Source of the DNA: Armatimonadota bacterium
Lineage (GTDB): Bacteria; Armatimonadota; HRBIN16
Reading direction: 5' to 3'
Assembly: GCA_963677485.1 (NCBI GenBank)
Contig: OY781964.1
Location: 4,544,001-4,608,000 of the forward strand
DNA length: 64,000 bases
Under the pieces are notes generated by a model that saw nothing but the letters and a program-made list of their open reading frames with translations, was not told the DNA's origin and did not search any database. The translations under genes were made by a program, and so were the position numbers. Of this stretch, positions 1 through 8,152 are shown in pieces (within the stretch, counting starts at the first letter, position 1; the number at the start of each line of letters is the position of its first letter).

Positions 1-16
1 CTGGTTTAAACTATCT

Positions 17-146
17 ACCCACGAACGTGGGTCGGTTGCTGTGACCATCAGGTGCGACCCACTTCGGGGTATGACTGATACTGCATGAACCACGGGTTAC
101 GCTGACGCTCACCCGTGGCTATAAGAATCTTACCCACTTCGTGGGT
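17..146. repeat. Cluster of REP-like short palindromes
   Basis: Four related hairpins: ACCCACG-AA-CGTGGGT (17-32), ACCC-ACTTCG-GGGT (57-70), CCACGGGT-N13-ACCCGTGG (90-118) and ACCCAC-TTC-GTGGGT (132-146). Intergenic. Confidence 0.6.
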
Positions 147-187
147 GCCCGGAAGGTATCTATCCGTCCAATCCGTCCGATTCGCGC

Positions 188-222
188 AAAACGGCCCCGC
201 CAGATATAACCTGGCGGGGCCG
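188..222 (-). terminator. Intrinsic terminator downstream of ptb
   Basis: Perfect 12-bp GC stem CGGCCCCGCCAG/CTGGCGGGGCCG (192-222), followed by TTTT on the minus strand (AAAA at 188-191), 18 nt after the stop. Confidence 0.8.
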
Positions 223-240
223 ATGGTTTGCCGGTCTGTC

Positions 241-1137
241 TTACTTGCTGGCTAACAGCGCAACCGCGATGGAGAGCATCTTCGACTCGGCGGTGTCGGC
301 GCGGCTGGTGAGAACCACCGGGGCGGCGGCACCCATCAATACGCCGGCGATGCGCTTACCACTGGTGTGAGCAAATATCTTTACCAACGCGTTGCCCACA
401 TGGATATCAGGGCAGACGCAGATGTCCGCTTTACCGGCCACTGGTCCGGTGATGCCCTTCAGCTTGGCGGCCTCTTCGCTCAGGATGTTGTCCATCTGGA
501 AGGGGCCATCCACGATGCAGCCCTTGATCTGACCACGGTCAGCCATTTTGGACAGGATGGCGGCGTCCAGTGTGCAGGGCATATCATAGTTGACGCTCTC
601 CACTGCTGCCAGGATAGCCACCTTGGGCACTTTGACATCAAGTGCTTTCACGAGTGCCACTGCGTTGACGATGAGCTGCTCTTTTTGCTTCAGGTCGGGG
701 TAGGGCAGCATGGCAGCGTCGGTGACGGTCAGTAGGCGGTCATCCAGCTCCAGAATGAAGGAGTGGGTCATCAGCTTACCTGCGCGCAGTCCGATCTCTT
801 TGTCCAGGATGGCGCGGAGCAGGTCGGCGGTGTGGATCTGACCCTTCATGAGAGCTGAGCAGTCGCCGGACTTCACGAGTGCAACGGTGGCTTTAGCAGC
901 GGCGAGGTCGCTGGGCTGATCAACGATCTGGTCGTCGGCGATTGCGTAACCGATCTCTGCGGCTAAAGCTTTGATCTCCGCTGCTTTACCGACACAGATA
1001 GGGGTGCAAAGGCCGCCCTCCTGTGCCAGTTTGAGTGCTTCCATGACGGAAAGCTCGTGCGCGCAGCACACCGCGATGCGGTTGCCAGAGAGGCTTTTAG
1101 CCGCAGCTAGAACCTCGTCGAAATTGGTATATGCCAT
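241..1137 (-). CDS. ptb: Phosphate butyryl/acetyltransferase (PTA_PTB family)
   Basis: 298 aa with motifs LMKGQIHTADLL, PKVAILAAVESVN, DGPFQMDN, GKADI and PVVLTSRAD. AGGAG SD upstream. Confidence 0.85.
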   Translation of the reverse strand: MAYTNFDEVLAAAKSLSGNRIAVCCAHELSVMEALKLAQEGGLCTPICVGKAAEIKALAAEIGYAIADDQIVDQPSDLAAAKATVALVKSGDCSALMKGQIHTADLLRAILDKEIGLRAGKLMTHSFILELDDRLLTVTDAAMLPYPDLKQKEQLIVNAVALVKALDVKVPKVAILAAVESVNYDMPCTLDAAILSKMADRGQIKGCIVDGPFQMDNILSEEAAKLKGITGPVAGKADICVCPDIHVGNALVKIFAHTSGKRIAGVLMGAAAPVVLTSRADTAESKMLSIAVALLASK

Positions 1138-1178
1138 ATCTTTTTATAGACTCCTTATTCTGCGATGGGGTACATTCC

Positions 1179-1221
1179 AAAACACAGTGTAGCACCGCTA
1201 TCCAAAGGATGCTACACTGTG
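1179..1221 (-). terminator. Intrinsic terminator after the beta-helix gene triplet
   Basis: 12-bp inverted repeat CACAGTGTAGCA (1183-1194) / TGCTACACTGTG (1210-1221), then TTTT on the minus strand. Confidence 0.65.
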
Positions 1222-1228
1222 ATTAAAT

Positions 1229-2920
1229 TCACAAGCTGTTAGGGAATCCGGTGTTGCCACTGAGTGTGATCTCGGACTTCTGCTGAAACTCTCCCAGATG
1301 CAAGCTGGCTTTGCAGCCTTTCGCCTGTTCTGAGAGCACCACGCGGTTACCGGTGATCGTGACGTGGCTGGAGCCATCGATCTCCAATGCATACACGCCT
1401 CGAGCGACGGTGGGCATGATGCAGGCGTTGCGGATGGTGTTGTTTTTGACGACGGCATTTTCCGTGCCGGAGACCAGGATGCCGATGTTATCGCAGCCAT
1501 CGATGGTATTGCCTTCAAACACGATGTTCTTGAACACACCGGGTTTGGGCGGGTTTTTCCAGGAGGGCATGATGGCGTAGCTGCCCAGCACGCAATCCAT
1601 GGGGTGGTAGACGGCGACATTCTTGAATGTGCAGTTGCGCACCGTGACGTTGTGCGGCGCGATCGATTCGTAGAAGGCCACCACTTCATTGAATACCCAG
1701 ATGCCTCCGCCAGTGGAGTGCTCGACATGGCAATCATCAATCGTAGTGTTGCGGTTTTGGATCAGCATCCCGCGGGCGCGGTTGTTCTTCACTGTGACTC
1801 GTCGGATGGTCGCCTTGCAGCCCCGGGTGACATTGCCGAATATGTGGGTGACTTTTACTTCTGAGGGAAGGTCACGGTCGAAAGTGACCTTATAGATATT
1901 GTCATCCATTACCTCAAACTTCGCGACGGCGGCGGTTCCGTAGGTGATCAGGTCTTCCTGAGTCATGAACTCCATCACATCACCGATATCTGGGTCGTCA
2001 CGCATCTTCATATTGTGCTGCGCCAACACGGTTCGGCTGTCGATCATCTCTTTGATGGTCAGGTACAAGCCGGTCTTCAAGTTCACGCCATCGTCGCCCA
2101 TACCTTCGAAGTAGCACTTGTCGATGAGGATATTTCCCCGACAACCGCCAAGGTGGATGCCGTCGGTACCAGCGCTTTGGAACTGAGACTCCCCTGGCCG
2201 TGGTTTTACAGTCAAATTGGTGAAGGCGCCATCGGTGCATTTACTGGCGATGAAGGCCATACCTGGCGATTTGTATACTGTGATATTATCCAGCTTGAGG
2301 TCTTTGTTCATATGTGTATAGATGACCACTCCATCATACACATAATGCCTCAGCATCACCCAGTTGCCCACCTTCATCCTGATCGGCACCTTTGTTAAGC
2401 ACCTTACCAGTGAAGGACTGAGAACCTGCATCTCAGAGACATTGTAGTAGTCGTCTTTACCGTGTTTCATGGGATGTTTGGTGGTAGGGTCGTATTCCAT
2501 GATCGCCACCACTTTCAGGCCTTGCTTCACGGAATAGCCAGGAAGCAGCTGCACATCGAAGTGGTCGTCCGTCGATTCCATCACCGCTCCCATGCTGTGG
2601 GTAGGGGTGGTATAGTCGATGACCATGTTTTTTAACGTGACATTGGTGCTGCCGGTCACGTTGATGAAATTCATGATGCCATGCAGCATCATTTCTGAAC
2701 CCGATCCATCGATCACAAGTCCGTTCATATTCTCAACGCTGAGTACAACACCAGCTTTTGGCCGTTCTGGCTGATAGAAATCATACTTGCCTTTTTTGAA
2801 GACAAGCTGACAGTTACCCTGTTTTTTGCACTCAGCGAGGGCCTTCTGAAAAGCGGGTGTGGCATCTTTGCCGCTGTTGGGCACAGCACCAAACTGGTTT
2901 ATGGTGATCACTTTAGGCAC
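1229..2920 (-). CDS. Right-handed parallel beta-helix glycoside hydrolase, GH110 (alpha-1,3-galactosidase)-like, paralogue 3
   Basis: FGAVPNSGKDATPAF N-terminus, DGIH...EGMGDDGVN acidic motif, NNRARGMLI, NVTVRNCTF repeats. Start moved to GTG 2920: GGAGGA SD, and the N-terminus then aligns with the other two paralogues. Confidence 0.75.
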   Translation of the reverse strand: MPKVITINQFGAVPNSGKDATPAFQKALAECKKQGNCQLVFKKGKYDFYQPERPKAGVVLSVENMNGLVIDGSGSEMMLHGIMNFINVTGSTNVTLKNMVIDYTTPTHSMGAVMESTDDHFDVQLLPGYSVKQGLKVVAIMEYDPTTKHPMKHGKDDYYNVSEMQVLSPSLVRCLTKVPIRMKVGNWVMLRHYVYDGVVIYTHMNKDLKLDNITVYKSPGMAFIASKCTDGAFTNLTVKPRPGESQFQSAGTDGIHLGGCRGNILIDKCYFEGMGDDGVNLKTGLYLTIKEMIDSRTVLAQHNMKMRDDPDIGDVMEFMTQEDLITYGTAAVAKFEVMDDNIYKVTFDRDLPSEVKVTHIFGNVTRGCKATIRRVTVKNNRARGMLIQNRNTTIDDCHVEHSTGGGIWVFNEVVAFYESIAPHNVTVRNCTFKNVAVYHPMDCVLGSYAIMPSWKNPPKPGVFKNIVFEGNTIDGCDNIGILVSGTENAVVKNNTIRNACIMPTVARGVYALEIDGSSHVTITGNRVVLSEQAKGCKASLHLGEFQQKSEITLSGNTGFPNSL

Positions 2921-2969
2921 TAATGAATCCTCCAGGTTATCATCCGTTATATCTGTCATGTCCAGCTCA

Positions 2970-4643
2970 CTAGAATCCGTTGTTATCGCGGATATCAAGC
3001 TTCTCTTTTTGATATGCACCAAGATGGAAGCTGGCCTGGCACTTCTCCGACTGCTGTGATTTCACCGATGTGTTACCAGTGATCTTCACATCACTGCAGG
3101 CCTCTACCTCAAATGCATAGGCGCCGCGAGGGGTTGTCGGCATGATGCAGGCATTGCGTATGGAGTTGTTTTTCACTTCGCCGTCTGTGGTTCCGGTCAC
3201 CAGTATGCCGCAGTTATCGCATCCGTCAATCACATTGTTCTCGATCACGATATGCTGGAATACACCCGGCTTCTTGGGTGATTCCCATCGCGGCATCATC
3301 GCGTAGGTGCCGAGGATGCAGTCTGACGGATGGTATATCCCCACATTGCTGAACTTGCAGTTTCGCACGGTGACATAATGTGGGGCGATGGATTCAAAGA
3401 AGTAAGTCACTTCGTTGAAAATCCAAACGCCACCCATCGTGCAGTGTGCAAACTCACAATCCTCCACCAGGGTGTGGCGGTTTTGAATCAGCATCCCGCG
3501 AGCACGGTTATTCAGAACCTTGACCCTGCGGATCGTGGCATTGCAACAGCGGCTGATATTGCCGATCAGATGGTTTACCGCCATCTGAACGGGCATTGTG
3601 TGCTCAAAGCTGACCTTAACCATGTTGTCTGGCAGTACTTCCACCTTCGCGACCTTAGTGGAGGCGTAAGTGATCAGATCCTCTTGGTCCATCAACTCCA
3701 CGGTATCACCCACATCAGGGGTATCCAGCATCTTTAGGTTGTGCTGTGCGAGCACGGTTTTGGAATCGACGATCTCTTTCACTGTCAGGTAGAGGCCCGT
3801 CTTGAGGTTGACCCCATCATCCCCCATGCCCTCGAAGTGGCAGTGGTCGAGCAGGATGTCTCCAGAACAGCCGCCGAAATGAATCCCGTCAGCTCCGGCA
3901 CTTTGATACTGCGAGGCACCCGGGCGGGGTTTGACGACCAATCGGGTGAATTGGCCCGTGTGACATTTGCCTACCGTAAAGGCCATGCCGGGAGAGTTAT
4001 AGACTGTGATGTTATCAAGGCAGATGTTTTTGTTGTCATGAGAGCCAATCACCACGGCATCATACACGTGGTGCCGCAACATGACCCAGTTTCCGGCCTT
4101 CATAATGGTAGGGGTCTTCAACAGGCATCGTACCTGCTGGGGGCCGGTGTGCTGCAACTCCGAAACCTGGTAGTACTCGTCGGCACCGTGTTTCACTGGC
4201 CGTTTTGTGGCTGGGTCATACTCCATCACAGCGGTGACTTTCGTCTGCCTTGCGACGGGATACTCGGGGTGAACCAGTGCATCGAAGTATGTGGGGGTGA
4301 CCGCCGTGATGGTAGCCATGCTGTGCGTCATCTCTTCGTAGTCGACCACCATGTTCTTAATGGTGACCCGTTCACACTTGCCGATACCGATGAAGTTGCA
4401 TATGCCATGCAGCATCATCTCAGAACCGGCACCGTCGACCACTAGATCGTTGATGTTATCAAGGGAAGCAATTGGGATGTTAGGCCCAGGGGCTGGATAG
4501 AAGTCATATTTCCCTTTAGCGAACACCAATCTGTTTGCACCAGACTTCTTACACTCAGCGATCGCCTCTCGAAAGGCCGGGGTGGCGTCTTTCCCACTGT
4601 TGGCAATGGCTCCGAACTGGTTAACGGATATCTTCTTATTCAT
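2970..4643 (-). CDS. GH110-like beta-helix glycoside hydrolase, paralogue 2
   Basis: 557 aa with the same motifs (ADGIH, EGMGDDGVNLKTGLYLT, NNRARGMLIQN). No signal peptide. Confidence 0.75.
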   Translation of the reverse strand: MNKKISVNQFGAIANSGKDATPAFREAIAECKKSGANRLVFAKGKYDFYPAPGPNIPIASLDNINDLVVDGAGSEMMLHGICNFIGIGKCERVTIKNMVVDYEEMTHSMATITAVTPTYFDALVHPEYPVARQTKVTAVMEYDPATKRPVKHGADEYYQVSELQHTGPQQVRCLLKTPTIMKAGNWVMLRHHVYDAVVIGSHDNKNICLDNITVYNSPGMAFTVGKCHTGQFTRLVVKPRPGASQYQSAGADGIHFGGCSGDILLDHCHFEGMGDDGVNLKTGLYLTVKEIVDSKTVLAQHNLKMLDTPDVGDTVELMDQEDLITYASTKVAKVEVLPDNMVKVSFEHTMPVQMAVNHLIGNISRCCNATIRRVKVLNNRARGMLIQNRHTLVEDCEFAHCTMGGVWIFNEVTYFFESIAPHYVTVRNCKFSNVGIYHPSDCILGTYAMMPRWESPKKPGVFQHIVIENNVIDGCDNCGILVTGTTDGEVKNNSIRNACIMPTTPRGAYAFEVEACSDVKITGNTSVKSQQSEKCQASFHLGAYQKEKLDIRDNNGF

Positions 4644-4696
4644 GGCGGGCTCCTCTGTGATGCAGACTATTCACTGCTGTATGGCGACGATGGTTT

Positions 4697-6379
4697 CTAA
4701 AATCCATGGTTCTTCGATGAACTCAGATCAGCGATCTTTTGATACTGCCCATGGTGAAGGCTCTCTTTACAACCAGTAGCCTGCTTCTGCTTGACGACGG
4801 TGTTGCCGGTGAGTGTGACCTGGCTGCTGGCGTCTACTTCAATGGCGTAAGAACCTCTGGGCACGGTAGGGGAGACGCAACAGTTGGTGATGGTGTTATT
4901 GGTCACGGTCACGTTGGCTCCTCCTGCGATGAGTATCCCGCAGTTGTCTGTGCCGTCGATGCTGTTATGATCAAACACGATGTTGTTGAACACCCCGGGC
5001 TTCTTTGGCGTGGAGATGCCGTTCATCTGCGCCCAGCAACCCAGCACACAGTCATTGGAGTGAACCAGCCCGATGTTTTTGAACTTGCAGTTCTTCACGA
5101 TGACGTTGCGCGGGGCGATAGACTCGTAGAAATAGTAAATCTCGTTAAATATCCACACACCGCCCATCGTGCAGTTTTCGAACCGGCAGTCTTCTACCAC
5201 GGTGTCGTGGTTTTGGATCAGCATACCTCTGGCACGGTTGTTTTTTACGGTCGTGCGACGTATGGTGGCCTTGCAGCAGCGGCTGACATTGCCCAATAGT
5301 TGTCCAACAGCAGTTTGTGAGGGCATCTCCGTTTCAAAACTCACACGATGCATACCGTCTTCCAGCAGTTTAGCATCAGCGACCTTCATAGCGCCGATCT
5401 TGATCAAATCTTCTTGTGGCAGTAGTTCCATGGTGTCACCGGGATCGGGTACATCGGCGAACTTCAGGTTGTGTTGAGCGAGCACAGTCTTACTGTCGAT
5501 GATCTCTTTAATGGTCAGATAGAGCCCAGTTTTTAAGTTCACCCCATCGTCGCCCATGCCTTCCAGGTGGCAGCGATCGACCAGCAACTCACCGGTATTT
5601 CCCGACAGATGCAGGCCATCGGCACCGGAACTCTGGTAAGGTGAGGCCCCTTTACGAGGCTTCACTGTCAGCCGAGTCAGTTTGACATCCTTGCTGTTCG
5701 AAACAATGAAGTTCATACCTGGTGCGCGGTAGATGGTGAGGTTGTGCAGATGCATGTTCGTGTTGCCGTGCGAGTAGAAGACCACACCCTCACGGGCCCG
5801 CTGACGAAGCAGCACCCAACTACCGACCTTCATCACGGTCTTCCACTTTGTGAAGCAGCGGAGCTGTCTGCCGCCAAGGTGCTGAACTCTTAATCCGATG
5901 CCGTTTTCGTCAGAGCCGTGCTTCAATGGCCGTTTCGTGGCCGGATCATACTCCATGACTGCAGCAAGCTGGGTGATGTATTTCATGTCATAGCTAGGAT
6001 GCACAGTGCATTCGAAGGAGTCCGCATTCACCGCCGTCACGGTGGCCATGCTGTGCATCTCTTCCTCGAAATCAATCACCATATTCTTGATGGTCACATT
6101 GGTAGACATATACAGAATGATGAAGTTTGAGATACCGTGAATCATCATCTCCGAACCGCGGCCATCGATGGTGAAGTCTTTATAACCCTCCACGCTGACC
6201 ACTCTGCGATCAAATGGCGGCTCTGAGCTGCTAAAGAAGTCGTAGCGTCCGGGCTCGAAAACTAACCGGCAGTTGGGGTGCTTCTTGCATTCGGCCACTG
6301 CCTTTCTAAATGACTCGGTCGCATCGAGTCCGCTGTTGGGTTTCGCGCCAAATTGAGCGATGGAGATTGTCGTGGGCAC
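4697..6379 (-). CDS. GH110-like beta-helix glycoside hydrolase, paralogue 1
   Basis: 560 aa with ADGLH and EGMGDDGVNLKTGLYLT. GTG start with GGAGGA SD. No signal peptide. Confidence 0.75.
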   Translation of the reverse strand: MPTTISIAQFGAKPNSGLDATESFRKAVAECKKHPNCRLVFEPGRYDFFSSSEPPFDRRVVSVEGYKDFTIDGRGSEMMIHGISNFIILYMSTNVTIKNMVIDFEEEMHSMATVTAVNADSFECTVHPSYDMKYITQLAAVMEYDPATKRPLKHGSDENGIGLRVQHLGGRQLRCFTKWKTVMKVGSWVLLRQRAREGVVFYSHGNTNMHLHNLTIYRAPGMNFIVSNSKDVKLTRLTVKPRKGASPYQSSGADGLHLSGNTGELLVDRCHLEGMGDDGVNLKTGLYLTIKEIIDSKTVLAQHNLKFADVPDPGDTMELLPQEDLIKIGAMKVADAKLLEDGMHRVSFETEMPSQTAVGQLLGNVSRCCKATIRRTTVKNNRARGMLIQNHDTVVEDCRFENCTMGGVWIFNEIYYFYESIAPRNVIVKNCKFKNIGLVHSNDCVLGCWAQMNGISTPKKPGVFNNIVFDHNSIDGTDNCGILIAGGANVTVTNNTITNCCVSPTVPRGSYAIEVDASSQVTLTGNTVVKQKQATGCKESLHHGQYQKIADLSSSKNHGF

Positions 6380-6508
6380 TTAGGATCCTCCATAAATCTG
6401 TCTAGTTATCAATTCATTATCGCAACAGGCGATTCCTGCCATTTCATACAAGGGGAAGGCGTTGTATTATGAATTGACACACAAACACAAATATTGAGGT
6501 TCTCAAGA

Positions 6509-7534
6509 ATGATATTCGCATTAATAATCTTAGCTCTGTTGATTATGGGCGCATCACCGGTATTTGCCATGGCCAAAGCAAACAAGCCAACCAAGTCAGA
6601 CAAGACGTTCATACCCGGTGCCATCTGGCCAGATGACAACGGCGTGCATATCAACGCGCACGGCGGAGGGATGCTGCAGGTCGGCAAGGTAACTTACTGG
6701 TTTGGTGAGCACAAGATTGCTGGTGATGCCGGTAATGTGGCTCACGTGGGCGTGCATTGTTATTCCTCTGACGGCTTGTATGACTGGACCGATGAGGGTA
6801 TTGCGCTTGAGGTCTCCGATGACCCCAAGAGTGAAATCACCCGAGGCTGTGTGCTCGAACGTCCTAAAGTGATCTACAACAAGAAAACCCGCAAATACGT
6901 GATGTGGTTCCATCTGGAAGAGAAGGGGAACGGCTACGCTTCCGCGATGGTCGGTGTGGCGACGTCAGATAAGGTGACCGGGCCATATGAATATCTGCAC
7001 TGTTTCCGCCCAGATGGCGAGGAGTCACGGGATATGACGCTGTTTGCCGACGATGACGGCAAGGCGTATCTCTTCCACTCCTCTGAGAACAACGCTACGA
7101 TGCATGTCTCGCCCTTGACCGATGACTACCTTGATACCACCGGTAAGTTCGTGAAGATATTTGAGGGTCGTTCGATGGAAGCGCCCGCCGTGTTCAAACA
7201 CCGTCGGAAATACTACTTCATTGGATCAGGCTGCACCGGCTGGGCACCCAACGCCGCGCGATGCGCCGTTGCTGACCGCATCACTGGTCCCTGGATAGAG
7301 CTGGGTAACCCTTGTGATGGCAACCCGAAGCAGATCGAGACCACTTTTGAGTCGCAGTCCACATACGTGCTGCCGGTACCCGGCAAGCATGATGCGTTCA
7401 TATTCATGGCTGACCGCTGGTGCCCGGAGAACGCGATCGATGGGCGCTACATCTGGCTGCCGATACAGTTTGAGGGCAACCGTCCGGTCATTAAGTGGAT
7501 GAACGTGTGGGATCTGGGTGTTTTCGGCAGATAG
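6509..7534 (+). CDS. Secreted glycoside hydrolase family 43 (GH43_24-like exo-beta-1,3-galactanase)
   Basis: PGAIWPDDNGVHINAHGGG, ERPKVIYNKKT, SRDMTLF, EAPA and SQST motifs. Hydrophobic signal peptide. ATG 6509 follows a GAGGT SD. Confidence 0.85.
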   Translation: MIFALIILALLIMGASPVFAMAKANKPTKSDKTFIPGAIWPDDNGVHINAHGGGMLQVGKVTYWFGEHKIAGDAGNVAHVGVHCYSSDGLYDWTDEGIALEVSDDPKSEITRGCVLERPKVIYNKKTRKYVMWFHLEEKGNGYASAMVGVATSDKVTGPYEYLHCFRPDGEESRDMTLFADDDGKAYLFHSSENNATMHVSPLTDDYLDTTGKFVKIFEGRSMEAPAVFKHRRKYYFIGSGCTGWAPNAARCAVADRITGPWIELGNPCDGNPKQIETTFESQSTYVLPVPGKHDAFIFMADRWCPENAIDGRYIWLPIQFEGNRPVIKWMNVWDLGVFGR

Positions 7535-7565
7535 GTTGTAACACATAGTTTACATCTTATCATTG

Positions 7566-7597
7566 ATGGGGATTAGGGCAAAAGCCCTAATCCCCAT
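7566..7597. terminator. Hairpin between convergent genes (probable terminator)
   Basis: Perfect 14-bp stem ATGGGGATTAGGGC-AAAA-GCCCTAATCCCCAT. U-tract weak on both strands. Confidence 0.65.
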
Positions 7598-7637
7598 TCC
7601 GGTTTCTAAGAAGTCTTAGCGATCGTTTACCAAGGTT

Positions 7638-8024
7638 TCAGATACCCCATTGGCGCAGCTCTATCGTGAGACCGTCCGGGTCGCATATCTCCGCCCGTAT
7701 TGAGCTACCCAGCGAAATGGGGCCCCAAGTGATATCCACATCTTTGCTTTTTAGGTATGCCACGCATTCGTCCATATTCTCAACTTCAAGCGCAATTCCC
7801 TTGTAGCCGACATAGATCGGGTTCGCGGGAGTTGATGCCGCATCAACCGCAGCGATCAACTCCATCATTGTGTCGCCGAGTATTAGAAATGCGATTTCCT
7901 TGAGCGGAGGCGAATCAATCGCCATCCGCTCGCTCAACGTGAAGCCCAACACCTCAGTGTAGAACCTGATTGTCTTATCGATATCACTGACGATGGCCTC
8001 TGAATGATCGATTCTCTTGAACAC
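7638..8024 (-). CDS. VOC/glyoxalase family protein
   Basis: IDH..IVSDIDKTIRFYTEVLGF and DPDGLTIEL motifs. GTG 8024 with GGAGG SD. Confidence 0.85.
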   Translation of the reverse strand: MFKRIDHSEAIVSDIDKTIRFYTEVLGFTLSERMAIDSPPLKEIAFLILGDTMMELIAAVDAASTPANPIYVGYKGIALEVENMDECVAYLKSKDVDITWGPISLGSSIRAEICDPDGLTIELRQWGI

Positions 8025-8152
8025 GATGTGCCTCCTGGTCGTATTGTGCGCCATGCACACTACGGTTGAAATGTATGAGCAGTACCTGCTCTGGATAGTT
8101 TGTACCTGTTTCCATCGGGGTTGTCAAGCACGAAAGCCCGATGATGGCGTCT

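Noticed and set aside
17-146. CRISPR array
   Set aside because: The units are non-identical palindromes at irregular spacing, with no constant repeat-spacer period and no cas genes.
2921-3022. N-terminal extension of the third beta-helix gene overlapping paralogue 2
   Set aside because: GTG 2920 has a GGAGGA SD and aligns with the other paralogue starts. The extension is an ORF-caller artefact.
3741-4445. Long antisense or alternate-frame ORFs (e.g. 3741-4445, 26248-26973, 30845-31477, 61429-62046)
   Set aside because: They lie over well-supported genes and have no motifs. They are expected shadows of codon bias.
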